NCBI GenBank assembly: GCA_965153285.1
Contig: OZ229111.1
Direction: 5' to 3' (one strand)
Origin: Podarcis tiliguerta
Taxonomy: Eukaryota
Length of the DNA: 64,000 nt
The translations under genes and the position numbers were made by a program. Shown here one piece after another: positions 1-13,580 of the stretch; position 1 is the stretch's first letter, and the number at the start of each line of letters is the position of its first letter. Under the pieces are notes generated by a model. It was not told the origin of the DNA. It did not search any database and saw only the letters and a list, made by a program, of their open reading frames with translations.

Positions 1-890
1 CTGGCAGTTGTGCTATCAAGTGCCATCTTGTCCCCAATGTTGTTTAGTATCTACATATGAAGACTTCAGGAGTGGACATTAGGAGATTTGGAGTGTGGTG
101 TCATCGTATGCTGATGATACCCAACCTAGTTTATCTAAATCAGGAGAGGCTGTGCAAGCCTTGGACCAGTGCATGGACTCTGTGGTGGACAGGATGAGGC
201 CCAGTAAACTGGGAAGGCAGAGGTGCTGTGGGTGGGTGGATCCTGAGTCCAGATAACTGGTCCATTGCCTGCTTTGGATGGGGTTGTACTCCCCCGAAGG
301 AGCAAGTTCACAGCCTTGCTAGAGGCCCAGGTGACCTCAGGGGCAAGGAGTGCCTTTTTGGGTTGGCAAGACAGCTGCAGACACTTCTGGGTCAGGATAG
401 CCTGACCACTTTTGTCCAGGTGCTGGTAACCTCCAGATTGGATTATCCCCATGTACTCTTATGTGGGGCTGCCCTTGAGGCTAACTCAGAAGCTGCAGCT
501 GGTGCACAATGTTGCAGCTCAACTGCTCACTGCAGCAAACTATCACCATCCTATTATGCTGCTGCTGAAAGAATTACACTGACTGAGAATTAGCTACCAG
601 GCTAGGTTCAAGGTGATGGCATTGGTGTACAAAGTCCTACACAGCTTGGGACTAGGATACCTAAAATATCTCATCCCTTTTATACCCAACTGATCACTAC
701 ACTCTGCAAGAGAGGGCATCCTGCAGATATCATTCTACCCAAAATTCAGTTCTGCACAGTGTCGCAATGTGGCCTTTAGTGTGGCGACACCAACCCTTTG
801 GAATTCTCTTCCATTGCATATCAGACAGGCACCGTTTCTGTTTTCTTTTTGGCATCTGCTAAAGATGTTCCTCTTTCAACAAGACCTTTA
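1..890 (+). mobile_element. Degenerate L2-clade LINE, 3' part of the RT ORF
   Basis: Remnant motifs across frameshifts: ILSPMLF, YADDTQ (~108-125), LVTSRLDY, KLQLVHN, AFSVATPTLWNSLP (~773-813). Confidence 0.85.
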
Positions 891-1620
891 AAATGTTGCC
901 CCAGTTGGTATCTGTCTTGGAATTGACTTGATTTTATGTATATGTTTTAAGCTGTTTTTATATTATTGTTTTCTTTTTACAAAATTATATAAGCAGTTGT
1001 TTAAACTGCTTTAAAATATGTAACTGTAAATTGTTTCAGGATGCCTCATGGGAAGCAATAATAATTTTAAAAACCATGTTTATATTGCTTTCCTCATTCT
1101 CCACCCAGTTCAGTTGCTTCATATAACACAAATTAAAATAGACAATTAAACCAACGTGCAATTTAAAATATTGTGCAAATTGGTCAAGCTAGTAGGCTTT
1201 TAACAAGTGTGGGATAAACGTTTTCCCCCTCAAGAGATTAACTGTACATCAGACTATTCATGCAATGCTTCCTAAACTATTGTAGTTTGCCTGCTTGTTG
1301 GAGATTACCAATTTTTATCTCTTTGTGGCCAACACTTGAGAAGGTATTTGAAAGGCATCTGAATTAAAATACAGCAGTTTCAGCACAGGGGCAGCTGAAT
1401 ACAGAATGCACAGATTGAAGAGAGAGGTGAAGCGCTGCTTGACAGAGGGTAGGTATTACTAGCTTCCTGCATGCTCTGTGTCTCAGAGACAATGTCAAGA
1501 CACTCCGAGTCAGACTGTCTCCAGTGACACAGAACATGTTCAGACCTGTTAATGCTGTGCCATGATTTTGCACTGCTTTCCCTTTCCCTTCACCCTATGC
1601 ATTCATTGCATGTGCGTCAA

Positions 1621-1795
1621 CATAGGAAGGTGCCTTTTACTGAGTCAGTCCATGGGCCCATCCAGCTCAGTGTTGTCTACGCTGGCAGGCATTCACCAGG
1701 ATTTCAGACAGGGAGCATTCCCAGCCCTACCTGGAGATGTTGGAAATTGAACGTGGGACCTTCTATATGCAGAGCAGGCTGCTTAACTGTGGTCC
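1621..1795 (-). mobile_element. tRNA-derived squamate SINE (Squam3-like)
   Basis: Reverse complement shows a tRNA-like head followed by CATCTCCAGGTAGGGCTGGGAA...GTAGACAACACTGAGCTGGATGG; the same family recurs at 27612, 35697, 45514 and 58519. Confidence 0.75.
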
Positions 1796-2254
1796 TTCTT
1801 TCAAAGTGCTGAAGGAATTGTGTTCAATTCTCTCCAGAAAGACTTTCAGCCTTTTCACTTTATTTTTGTAAGAAACTTGTGAACTACATTGCAGATCTAT
1901 TTAAGGCTCACTCTGTTAATCCTAGCTATTCCTACTCAAGCAAGTCCTATTTAATTCATTTGGGCTTACCCCCAGGTAAGTGAAGTTAGGGTTGCAGCTT
2001 TGGACTATGTTTGAATGGGTGTCTTTTAAGTAGCCTTACATATGAAATATGAAGGGTTGCATTCAACTACCCTGAACATTTCACCAGCACAAGGATATAA
2101 TAATAAATAATAGTTTTTTATTTATACCCTGCCCTTCCCAGTTCAGAAAACTGAGCTCAGGGCGGCTAATAACAAATTTAAAACACTTAATTGTAATACA
2201 ACATAGAAGCAGCATAAAATACAGTATAAAAACATGAATAACAATAAAATTCAA

Positions 2255-2345
2255 AGTTCAAAAATCAATTTGTGGAATGCAATAAGAAAGGACCTGGAAG
2301 TGTGGGGAAGAATGAAACTTTCATTTTGGGGAAGAATATCAGCAA
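2255..2345 (+). mobile_element. Short L1/Tx1-clade ORF2 fragment
   Basis: Translation NLWNAIRKDLEVWGRMKLSFWGRIS resembles the L1-clade 'DL..W..L.LS..GRI' motif. Confidence 0.65.
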
Positions 2346-2403
2346 CTGCTCTCTGTTACCGCTCTCTCACCTTCTCTCACCCCCCCACATGCCCCTTAAA
2401 TAT

Positions 2404-2449
<46 letters not shown>
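2404..2449 (+). repeat. (AAC)n microsatellite, ~15 units, adjoining a minus-strand LINE 3' tail
   Basis: Seen directly. Confidence 0.95.
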
Positions 2450-2719
2450 GCTTTATTATTTGTACCTTGCCCATCTGACTGGGTTGCCCCAGCCACACTG
2501 GGTTCCAGGGGTTTCTCCAACCCTCTGGGGACAGTGAAGAGGGGGGAAGGAGAGAGGAGAATCCTGTTGCACTAGCACAAAGAAATTAATTGAATATCCC
2601 CCATGCATCTGAGTAGAGCTTTCAAAAGGTCCATCTTTAGGTCTACTGATTCTTATTTTTGTTTTTTAATTGATTCTTAGTATCAAGTATCAAAACACAC
2701 CCATACAAGGAAAACAGAG

Positions 2720-3235
2720 CTTAGTAGTTGTACAGAAAAGAAAGAAAAATAGCAGCTGATGGTTGTAATTTTAAACATTCCAAGAAAGGCAATAAGATGA
2801 AAGTGTCTCTCCATAAGGTTCCACGAGTCAATGGAGGGTGAAAACCATGTTTGATTGTCTTAACAAAGTCAATAAAAGGATACCATGTCATGAAGAAGTT
2901 GTGAGCCTTTCGCCTCTCCGATCGATAATTATTTTGTGAAGTGGTTAATTTGTTCTTAAGCACAATATCCCATACTTGCGAAATCCAGGCTTCAAAAAGA
3001 TTTGCATTTAAAGTTTTCCAGGGGTTTCCCCCCCAATCGCTAATCTAACTGCAGTTAATTAATGGAGGGTGAGGTCTTTATTGGTTATTTTTTTAAAAAT
3101 GTGAGGGTAGGACCTTTAGGGTAGGACTGCAGGGTATAAATACCTTGGAAGCAAGTAAGTAAATACCAAACTAAGGTTTCTTGAAGACCACCGCCTTCAA
3201 ATACAATTTGTTACTCTGGTTCCACATACGTTTTC
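2720..3235 (-). mobile_element. Degenerate L1-clade 3' fragment
   Basis: Minus-strand ORF KLT...FFMTWYPFIDFVK resembles the L1 ORF2 C-terminus. Confidence 0.5.
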
Positions 3236-3286
3236 ATACAATCACTTACGTCAGACTTCTGATGTTGTCATGTTATCTTTCCTTAG

Positions 3287-3362
3287 GCAAGCTTGGGACC
3301 TCGCTGTGGATATCTGCCTTTCTCAGTTGCCCACCATTATAGAGGAAGGAACTGCATTCAGG
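3287..3362 (+). CDS. RPTOR: RPTOR exon (~exon 10), 76 nt: (W)QAWDLAVDICLSQLPTIIEEGTAFR
   Basis: ccttag|GCAAGCTTGG...TTCAGG|gtgagt; translation matches Raptor. Confidence 0.97.
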
Positions 3363-5298
3363 GTGAGTTACTGATTTTTCTCTTGAAACATACATGGGCT
3401 ATTCCATAGAAATCAGCTAGTGCTTCAAACCTCATATTCATTCTTGACTTCTTATACCCAAAGATGTTTCCCAGCAAATGCAAATAGTTCTAGTCAAAGT
3501 TATTGATTAATGGAGGATTGGAGCTGCTCAACATTTGAGGAGTCAATTCTGATTGCATAGCTAATACAGAGTCTAGTCTAATTTAAATCATCTTTGCGTA
3601 TTGTTTCTTAAGAATTAGAAAACTGGCTATGCTTGCAAGGGAGGAATAGTTCCTACTTTTTATGGTATAAAAGAACAGAACGTTACAGTCTGAAATTCTA
3701 CATACAGAAGACAACAGAGGAGGGTAGGAAAGGCAGGGTTAGTGAGAAGAAGTGTGTGGAATTATTTCAGTTCCATGTACTTAGGTTTAGTTACTGAAAG
3801 ACATGGGAAATAGAGGGTTACGGTCCATAATGACTAGTTACTGTAACTTTGTTTAATGTGACTTTCATCATAAGAGGCTAAATGCCTCTGCCACCACTGT
3901 TTTGGGCTGGATTCAGCTAACCTAGCACACTAGTAGAAGCCTGTACAAGGACTTCCACTAGTGCAACAGGACTCCCTCCCCAAAAAATCTCCCTGCCCCC
4001 TGCGGACCCCCACAATGTTCCACAAATCTGCTCAAGATCAGGAGAACCTCCAGTACAGCATGCAGGGCAGGAGAGGAGAGATTGTTCCATCTGACAAGCA
4101 GAAATACTTGTGCTGACATAATGATCAGTGTGACTCTGAATTCTACCCTTTCTTCCTCCACCTGCCACAATTTTTTGATCTCCCAGTCCCAGGGCAGAAT
4201 AAACACTTTCTCTTGCTTATGGTAGTTTCTCAGGGCTAGAAATGCACCTGAAGCCACAGTGGTTTGCAGAAATTTATGTTGTGATGATGCTCTTTCCGTA
4301 CAAAGGAAAAACAAACAAACCAAGAACTAGACTTTCTAGCAGCTTGTCACATTTGGCTTCTTAGAGCTAACAGCACTTAAAACTGGTAGATTAACTTGGG
4401 TACAGAGAAGATTGAATGGTATGTATGCTTTTGGATATCTCTACCATATGTTTGTGGTGATTGTACCATAAAACGTAGAGCACTATAGAATTGGTTGGAG
4501 AACTTGTTTTTCTTTACTGCTAACTCTGAGAGAGATAAGGAGAGAGAAAATTGTGGATTCTTGTTATTGAACAGAATTGGCTTCCTGAAATAATGATGTA
4601 TAATGATGTTATGTGCTCACAGAGGCCCATACTATTGTAACAAGTCTACACTGCCAAGATTTTACAATAGAACCTTTTATTTAAACTAGCGCTCCTGAAA
4701 CGTGCATGATTACAACTGTTGCATTGAAGAATTATATTTTGGGAAAGTTGGAACACCTAGCTTTGTTCTTTAGAATGATCTCATGCAGAGAAATTGTTCC
4801 TCTCTGTTTTGGCTTAGTGATTTTGAAGGAAAAAACTGTTATTTATCCCTTCAAGCATCAGATGCCTTAGGCTATTTCTTTACCATCTTATGGACAGAAC
4901 CATTTAAATTATAGCTCTTTTATAGGCTCATTAGCCTACTTGGTCAAATACTCTGATAGATTCTGGGCTCAACTCCATTAAAGATGCTTTAAATAGAAAA
5001 CCTATGTTTTGTTTTCTCAAGTTGTGTTTGACCATATAACTAGTTGTTACCTAGAATACTATACTCAGATACTATACTCCTTTTTTCTATCCCCACCATT
5101 TATCTCCACATTCTTTCATGCAAAAAATTTGTGTTATACACATGCATGCAAACACACACCACTTTTTAAATGGAAACCAGCTTTGGGAAGTGTGATTTGC
5201 AATGGAGAAGCTACTGTGGGAGAAATGTTTAATGCTTTGTCAGCCAGCATTTTGCACCTTTACTTTTCCTCCTAAGCTACCTCTGCCACATAGGTTTC

Positions 5299-5517
5299 TA
5301 GAGGTTTCCAAACTTTTCAAGTTGGTGACACATTTTAGACATGCATCATTTCGCGACACAGTAATTCAGCTTTGCATCATTTTGTGACACAGCAACTCAG
5401 TTTTACTAGTAAACTGGAGGTTAAACTAAACCTTTCCAGCCCCAGGAGGAGCGTGGGGAGCATTCATGCTGCAGCTGACACACTAAAGTATTGCAGCACA
5501 TAGTTTGGAAAGTTCTG
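5299..5517. mobile_element. hAT-like MITE (same family as 43013-43209, opposite orientation)
   Basis: Ends AGAGGTTTCCAAACT...AGTTTGGAAAGTTCTG; internal similarity to the reverse complement of the 43013 copy. Confidence 0.7.
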
Positions 5518-5871
5518 CCTTAGGGGGAGAAACACGATTTCAAGGTCAGGGGAGCAATTCTGAGCAAAGAAATGGTTAAAGCACCTACTTTCTCCTTCTC
5601 CACTCTAATGGGTTTCTCCAAAAGCTGCCTTTTCATAACAAAGTGGATATTGAGGTTTATAAACTTGCATTTGCAAAGCTTGCATGTAATGTTTAGTTTG
5701 TCATACCTTCTCAAAAAAAAAAGGGGGGGGGGAAAGGAAGTGACCAAAGTAAGTTATCCCATTTCAGACAGACTGGTGTCTTAAAATGCCATTGTGCCCC
5801 AATTACATATAAAGAGGGAGGGGATCTGTTTTAAAAGCAAAAGGGCCACATAGTGAAGAGAGCCTATAGTC

Positions 5872-6008
5872 CAGGCTTACTCAAACCCAGCCCCCCAGAT
5901 GTTTTTGAGACTACACTTCCCATCATCCCTGACCACTGGTCCCACTAGCTAGGGATCATGGGAGTTGTAAGCCAAAAACATCTGGAGGGCTGAGTTTGAG
6001 GAAGCCTG
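5872..6008. mobile_element. Palindromic hAT MITE
   Basis: CAGGCTT...AAGCCTG termini, near-complete fold-back, 8-bp TSD ctatagtc/ctatggtc. Confidence 0.85.
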
Positions 6009-6293
6009 CTATGGTCACTCCTCAGCTCTTTTCTCTGAGCCCAGTTCCGCTATTAGAACTTGACTGAAGAGTGCCATAAGGGGACTCATTATAGAGAAGT
6101 AGGCTATTAGTCTACCATGCTTGGTGTCACCCTAAACTGTGGTTGCTATTTAGATCTTGCCAGTTTCCAAAGGCTAAAATAACGTATTATGTGAATTATT
6201 CTTTAACTGAATACTTTAGCGAAACTGAATTGGCCCCAAACTCACACAATTGTTATAGCTAAATATTCAATTCGCAAAATTTTATCTCACATA

Positions 6294-6535
6294 CAGTCGT
6301 ACCTCGGGTTAAGAACTTAATTCGTTCTGGAGGTCCGTTCTTAACCTGAAACTGTTCTTAACCTGAAGTACCACTTTAGCTAATGGGGCCTCCTGCTGCC
6401 GCCGCGCCACCGACGCACAATTTCTGTTCTTATCCTGAATCAAAGTTCTTAACCCGAGGTACTATTTCTGGGTTAGCGGAGCCTGTAACCTGAAGCGTTT
6501 GTAACCTGAAGCGTCTGTAATCCGAGGTACCACTG
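6294..6535. mobile_element. Tc1/mariner (Tigger/pogo-like) MITE
   Basis: TIRs CAGT(C/G)GTACCTCGG...CCGAGGTACCACTG flanked by TA; internal TAACCTGAA repeats. Confidence 0.88.
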
Positions 6536-8129
6536 TATTCATTCCTTTCACATGGCACTACCACCTCAGAATTTATGTGGAGACTTGCTTATTTGGAATT
6601 ATTTCCCAGTCAACATTTCTCTCTATGTGATGTTGGTATGTACACCTTTCCACACAGAGGGAGATTTTAGTATGAGGCTCTAAACAAGTATTTTTTCACA
6701 TGCAGTCTGAAGTGGTATAGCTGTATTTCAGAGCTCTACAACATAAGCACCTGCAAATGCACTCTCATCACTTCTTTCTTCTTGTCAGATGGACTGTTGT
6801 GGTTGATCTTTAGGTAATTGAGCAGTGAGCATATTCATGTCAAGAGGAAGGTGCATTTGTCACCAGGCAAGCATCATGAGAACAACTCCCCCCCACAATC
6901 TGATGAGATGGCAGTGTGCCAATGTTTGTGGCTATCTTTGGTGGGTAGGAATGCGTAATTTATTGAGTCATTTGACCACGCTATATCTATATTACTGTTG
7001 ACACAGCAAGAAATGTATTTGAGAGAGAAATGTCAATAATGGTTGGCATCACCTGCAGAATGCTGTAATATGTAAGACCCGAGGCCTTTGTCTATTGGGT
7101 CGAGAATAATAACGAAGGTAGTATAATAAGGGAAATCATTCCGGAGTTTAGGAGAGTGGGTGACTCAGTCTTAGCAGCAGGCCAGGAAGACTGTCAGAGC
7201 TGTGAATGTGTCTGATAGTATAAAGGTAGGTGTGAAGAAGGCCCATAGAAATAGATTACTATAGAACAAAGGACTCTATGAATGCTGAAGGGGTGAAAAT
7301 GATTTCTCAGTCTGTTTCAGTTTCTAGAACTCTGAGGTGGGCAGCCACCTACAGGCAAGGCAGTGATGTATGTGTGATAAGCTCCATCTTGGTGGCTATT
7401 GCAGTACTGAGCTTTTTGGACAAATGTATCTAGATATATTACACTGACTGGATGAGAGCCCAATAGAAATTTATTGGAGTGGAAAAAAATTGCAGTCAAG
7501 TTCTCTCGCAATGACAGCAACCATCTACGGCCATAAAAATGAATTATTCCTATACAAATGATTAAAGTCTTGAAGCTAATGACCAGAGGGAAAAACTAAT
7601 GTGTAACCTACTGGAGAGTGTTTTGACATTTCTTAAAGATTCCTCAATACAACCTGTACTTGGCACATAATATTCCTGCCTTTTGTGGCTGAAAGGCAGT
7701 AGCACTCTGGTTACAGGAATAAAACGTGTTCTCTCCCTCACAATCTCTAAAAACAGCTGTGGATCTTTGTCTGTTTGTTCGAATGTGTTTGTTGGGCATC
7801 ATTTATTTAACATAGCTTTGAAAAAGCTGTTTCGGGATTTGCCAGTAGCAAGTGTTTTAATGTGACTTGGCTTGCCTAATTGTGTGACAAACAAGTATGA
7901 CTCAGAATATTACTAGGCCTTTTAAAGTAAGGGCATTCACCTTTAGTTTGCTTGAGTTGTTGGCATCCATCTGTCTCAGGAGACAATGGAGGAGTGTGCC
8001 TTTGGGGTCGAAGTCAAACCATTGGAGAGAATATTGGATAATTTGAATAAATGAAATTGCTCAGAAAATGAACATTTTATAATAAATTAGTGTATCCAAA
8101 TTTATATGAACAGACAGTAAGTGTGAGGG

Positions 8130-8410
8130 CTCGCTTCCTTCCTCCTCTTGCATGCCTGACATCAGAGGAAACATTCTGGTTTGTTAAATAATAGTTTTAA
8201 TATTAAGAGGCACACAGCACAGGCAGTTAGTGACTGTGCCATGTGCCAGCCCCTCCTCCAACTTGGGAATCGTGATTGTCATATCAGCCAGCCTCAGGTC
8301 TGTGGCTGCTGTTGTTGAATGCCAGGTTGGTGTGAGCATCCTCGGAAACTGTAATTTAACAAATCAAGTTTCCACTTAAGTCGGGCATGCAAGAGGAGTA
8401 GGAGGAGGAG
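8130..8410. mobile_element. Old fold-back element (MITE-like) with ~65-bp imperfect inverted arms
   Basis: ctcctcttgcatgcctgac..ggaaac..tttgttaaat on the left mirrors atttaacaaa..gtttcc..gtcgggcatgcaagaggag on the right. Confidence 0.6.
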
Positions 8411-10117
8411 ATAAGATTGGGAAAAGGAATGCTTGAGCTTGTTCAGACACAATGCAACAAACTGTGATTTGTTAGAGCAGCTGTGCAATGTCTGAACGAG
8501 AAGTATGTCCTTCCGAAGCTTTTGTAGTGTGGCATCTGCATTGCTTATATTTCTGACTGCAGAACTCACAAAAATGTGTTCAAAAATTACTCTTTTGGCT
8601 AATCTGGAATAAGTACTGCCCTTTACTTTTCTAGTTTTTATCGTCTGTGCTTGAACATTGCTTTCATCAGGGACACTTTGTTTCCAGTGCTTTAGCCACT
8701 ACAGAATAATGTTACACAATTGCTAAATATTCTCTGTGGTTAACAAACCACCAGATTTGAACCACACCCACACACCCACACACATTTTGCATAAGGATTT
8801 ATATTTTTCTTTTTACTTCTCTTTTGAAGGACTGGTGGACATTTAAAAGTAAACAAACAGCTCAACACTGGATTGCATTTTTAATCCATTTTTGCCAACT
8901 CCTATTTGTTTCCTGTTTGTCTACATAGACTAGGAAAGAAGTTCATCTTTCCATTAAATCCTTGCCTTTGCTGGCCTCTAGCTGTTAGTCAGCTTTTGCG
9001 TTACAGCTGCATCCTAAAACTCTGTGTATTGTAAAATTGAGGGGTTTAGTTTTCTATTACATTGCTTTTACACACAGTGAATTGAACATGACTGAACATT
9101 CTAGGTCCTAACCCCCATTTCCTAATCAACATTTTGCTCTCCAATCTATCAGGAATTATTGTGCAGCAGACTAAGTTAGCTTCTGCCAGCCAGCGGTAAT
9201 CCTATAAGAAATTGTGGTTTAATGGAGGCTCAAGCGTTCGCCACGAGGGGGGGAGAGAATTTAAGTATTATTAAGGTTAGTCATTCGGTTTTGTAACTGG
9301 GCTGGCAGACGTCAGAGTCAGTATCTCAGATGTCAAACGTTCTCACACAGGATTTCTTAAACATTGTCATAGCAAGTCTTCCAAGGTCAAAGAACAGTTC
9401 CAACCTCCATGAAAATACCTAGGGAAAAATAATAGGCGGAGCTAATTCAAATTATAGGGAAAGAGTGGGGTACATTAAGGGGGGAAGCGGGGAGCATGGG
9501 ATGCTTTGAAATGCTCAACATATAGAAGCAAAGAGACAGGAAACAGCTCCTTCAGCTGATGAATTGTCCCACACTGGATCATAAAATTGGGCCCTACAGT
9601 TTCTTATGGAATGTGATGGTAAATGTAGACAGTTACTCCTTTGCTGTTCACATTCTAGTCCTCAAAACAAACTACTTGTGGGACTGTAGACCAGCACAAA
9701 GGAAAAAATAAAATAGAAGTCCCTGCTTCCCAAAAAGTATCATAAACAGACGACTAATGGGGTGGAAGCTGCTCTCTGGAACTGGGAGGCTGTCTTGTAA
9801 GGAAGGACATGGTACATAACCCTGAAGACTGGGCTCAGCAAATTTAAACATACCACTACATCTCTAATATATTTCATTGATGTGATAACACGGGTAATTA
9901 TGCAAACTCACGATACAAATTCCAGCAACTGGTAATCAATGAAGTGTTTATTTCTTTGCTTCTAGAAGCTGGCAGGCTGGGCAGCTGGGAGACAGAGCTA
10001 TGCCTGATTTCTTTTGGAATCCAAGGCTGTGGCTATTGGGGTCTTAATGCTGTTAAGCATTACGTTAAGCCCTCTGTCGTAGGCTTAAGTTGTATATATG
10101 GGTAAATAAACCATATA

Positions 10118-10222
10118 TAATAATTAATAATAAAAATTTATTACTTGTACCCCACCCATCTGGCTGGGTTTCCCCAGCCACTCTGGGCGGCTTCTAACAA
10201 AGATTAAAAATACATTAAATAC
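10118..10222 (-). mobile_element. LINE 3'-tail fragment (L2-like); related copies at ~2450-2500 and ~24243-24360
   Basis: Shared motif cccatctggctgggtttccccagccactctggg next to a (TTA)-type tail; flanked by catat on both sides (possible TSD). Confidence 0.65.
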
Positions 10223-10698
10223 ATATCAGAAAGACACCACTGTCCCTCATTCTGAAGGAAACACAAACCCTGAATAAGTACCTGGAATCCTGTCCAGGGA
10301 ATTCTCCCAACCCTCCTGAGAGGATTTGGGAGAGATGTGAGGGGAGGGAAAGCCCTGTTGGACTAGTGGGAACAGCTGTGCTGGCTTTCACTAGCATACC
10401 AGGTTAGCTGACTCGGCCCTTAAAGAACAGTTTGGGGACTGTGGGGGCTGCTTCTGAGAAGAAAGCTGAGGAGAAAGTGGGAAAGCCAAGACAATTACTT
10501 CATACTATTTAACAGTATCAACTGTTTCAGCGACTTTTGTTGAATTTAACCTTCCAATAGCTCTTAAATATGTATTTTGAGAAACTATAAGTATTGGTGT
10601 AAGTTCACAAAGGCTAAGGCAATGACAGCTGGCTTAGGAACAGATTAAAATCGCAACTGAAAACTGCTAAGCCAGCCCATTCGTGAGAGAAAATGTAG

Positions 10699-10740
<42 letters not shown>
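10699..10740 (+). repeat. (CT)n microsatellite
   Basis: Seen directly. Confidence 0.95.
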
Positions 10741-10742
<2 letters not shown>

Positions 10743-11004
10743 CTCCTCCACGTGTGAGAACAGGAGGGAGAGTCTGTGTTTTCCACAGAAGCTTATGCCA
10801 TAATATTGTATTAGTTTTAAGTTTCCACTGAACTGTTGTTTTAAGAATGTAGGGTGATCGTCTGCTTTTCCCAGCCCAAGCTCAGTGTGCTGCTCCTTGA
10901 GGAGTTAAGCACTTTCACAATCAAGAATTCTCAGCTGGGCTACATGTTATGATCACTACGTGGAATACGTTTGGAAAACGTGTAGTGTGGTTCCCCATCA
11001 GAAC

Positions 11005-11212
11005 CATGGTGATGTCGTGTTTAGAGTATTGAATTTGGGCTCGGGAGACCGGGGGGTCAGATCCTCACTCGGTCGTGAAGCTCAGTGGGTGACCTTGGGC
11101 CGACCACAGCCTCTCAGCCTAACTTCATGGGACTGTTGTGAAGATAAAATGGGGAGGGGGAGAACTCTCACAAGCTCCTTGGAGGAAAAGTGGGATACAA
11201 GTATAATAATAA
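11005..11212 (+). mobile_element. MIR/CORE-like tRNA-derived SINE
   Basis: tRNA-like head, GGGTGACCTTGGGC..CTCTCAGCCT..GTTGTGAAGATAAAATGG core and (TAA) tail. Confidence 0.65.
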
Positions 11213-11215
11213 GTA

Positions 11216-11482
11216 CTGTATTGGCCTGAATATAAGCTGCACCCGAATATAAGCTGCACCTTTAAAATTCAAGGGGGGAAAAGAAAAAAAGACAATACCT
11301 GAATATAAGCCGCTCCCTTAAAATTCCGCAGGCACTCACACCCGTTCCATTTTACCATATGTCTGTTTCAGCAGCAATATCGTAAAAGCCAGTTTTTGTA
11401 AGGTCACGAATTTAAGCCACACTTTAACTTTTCACGGTCAGAATTTGGGGGGAAAGTGAGGCTTATATTCAGGCCAATACGG
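11216..11482. mobile_element. Tc1/mariner-superfamily (Tc2-like) MITE
   Basis: TIRs C(T/C)GTATTGGCCTGAATATAAGC, TA TSD, internal GAATATAAGC repeats. Confidence 0.85.
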
Positions 11483-12614
11483 TAAATAAAACAAAACTTG
11501 CCCCTTGGTGTGAAGAGTTTTTGAATAACTGCCAAGGAAGTCTTCTTTTATTTTCTTGTGTCAGGAACGATCTAGATGACTAGGCACTCTACATGTGATG
11601 GTGTCACGTGGGGCAAATTTTACACTGAAGCTGGGGTGGCCTAGGCAAATAGGCCTGCCCTAATTCTCTAATAAACAGCTTGTATCCTTTTGTTGCTTGG
11701 TTGTCCTCCCCGTAAGCAGTTCTGCATTTAAAAAGCACAACTGCTTTTTAACTTAGTTTGTAGATATTTTATTCAGGGAGGACATACCCTACGTTTTGTG
11801 ATGTCCTGTTTTGCAGAAATGTGATTAACTTTGAGATCTTGTTACTTATTCAAGTCTTGTGCATATTAATCTCAGTTCTCCCCAAGACCTTGTAGAGAAA
11901 TATAGTTGTACAACAATTCATAGCTGTCAGTGATTCAAGCAGATAAATCTCTCTGATTCTACAAATGAAAAAGCAGATTAATTAGGCATTCATCAGCATT
12001 ATCAGGGCTCCATGCTGGTTTTCCCAATTTAAAAAATTATGCTTCCTTGGCATTTGGCATAGTGAGGCACCTCTTACTTTACAAAGCATCCTTGGAGACA
12101 CACACACACACACACAAATTCTATGAAGAGACCCATTCCTTTTGAGGAGTAGTGCTGTTTCTGGCTCTAAAAATCAAGGTGCGGTGGATGGAAACTGTAA
12201 TGTGACGTTCTTCTCAGCACTTCCTACCTGCATAGTAGAGAACACCATTCAGTAAGGGGGCAGGGATTGCTGTTTGGCAGGGGTGGGGAACCTAATCCAG
12301 ACCTCCCCTTGTGGCCCACCAGGCCATTTTGGGCAGGCCATGCCCACTTGCTGTACACCCAACATAATACAGGATACCAGGTGAAGGGCAGGCAAAGGTG
12401 GAACTTGACTGAAAGGGATTTTGCATGGAGTGTTTTGCCACCCCTGTGCTTGGTGCTTGGCATGAACTGAGCACAGGGTTTGCAATGCCTTTGTGCAGTA
12501 CTTCCAAGGTGTGTTTGCACTGAGTTTGCATTATGGGGGGGAGCTATGGAAAACGGACCTGAAATATACTGCGTGTTATTTATTGAAGGAAAACCACATG
12601 AAAATGATCCACAG

Positions 12615-13050
12615 ATGGTAGTTAACTCCAAGTAGATGAGCGAAAATGTTTAAAGCTAAGACAGGCAAATGCAGGATGTGCAAAGAGGTAGAAGGATGTG
12701 GTGGTCATGTAAAGTAATCAAAGAATTCTGGGAAATGATTTATAAAGAACTAAAAAAAAGTTTAAGAGAACATTTCCCAAGAAACCAGAAGCTTTTCTTC
12801 TGAGAAAAGTAACAATAAAAGTCCCTCCACCACTACCAAAAAAAAAATACGGCAGTCTGAATTTTGCTTGTAGTGCCAACAAAGGAGGAATGGCACTTTG
12901 AGTTATTGGAATATTCGGAGTTAGCAGGTCTGACTAGTAAGATAAGAGAACAAGCCGATCGAGAATACAAAAAAGAATTGGAAAATGTTTGTCAAGTATT
13001 TTTAAAATCAGTATAAACAAGTGAACTGATTAGTAGGACTTGAATAAATT
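12615..13050 (+). mobile_element. L1-clade ORF2 3' fragment (Cys-rich zinc-knuckle region)
   Basis: Remnant translation KMFKAKTGKCRMCKEVEG..WWSCKVIKEFWEMIYKEL..FPKKPEAFLL. Confidence 0.8.
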
Positions 13051-13580
13051 CGGCAGTACAAGAGAAAGTAGGAGATAATAAATAAGAAGAATAGAACTTG
13101 GTAACTTAGAGTATGCAGAAGAGAGGGAAAAGAAAAGATACAAGAGAAGGAGAGGAAAGGAAGTCTTCAGGTGTTTTGTGTTGTGTCCTTGGTTTGTCGT
13201 GGCTTTGTTTTCATTTTCCCCATTTTATTCTTTACTTATTTTTTTGGGAAGGTTGCACAAGGGGCATTGGCAAGTGCCAATCTCCTGGTATCATTATGAT
13301 GTCAGTTGACATATGGATTGTCCCACCCAGCTGTCAAAGTTGGCCCACATGAGTGTGGGGAGATAAGTATTTGGTCTGGCCCATCAGGCCAAAAAGATTC
13401 CTCACCCCTGTTTTGGGGGATATCCAAATTGGACCCAAGAGTGGCTTGCATAGCTTTGTGTGCTTTGTGTGCTCCATCCAGATTGTAATAGTATAAACGT
13501 TACACATTTTAGCAAATAAGAATAAATAAAATTTCAATTGAGTGTTAGTATTAACCATAGGCCTCCACATATATAAATTA

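Noticed and set aside
2234-2575. Poly-Thr/Asn ORFs here, and poly-Tyr, poly-Asn and His-Thr ORFs at 15392, 33743 and 62415
   Set aside because: Translations of microsatellites.
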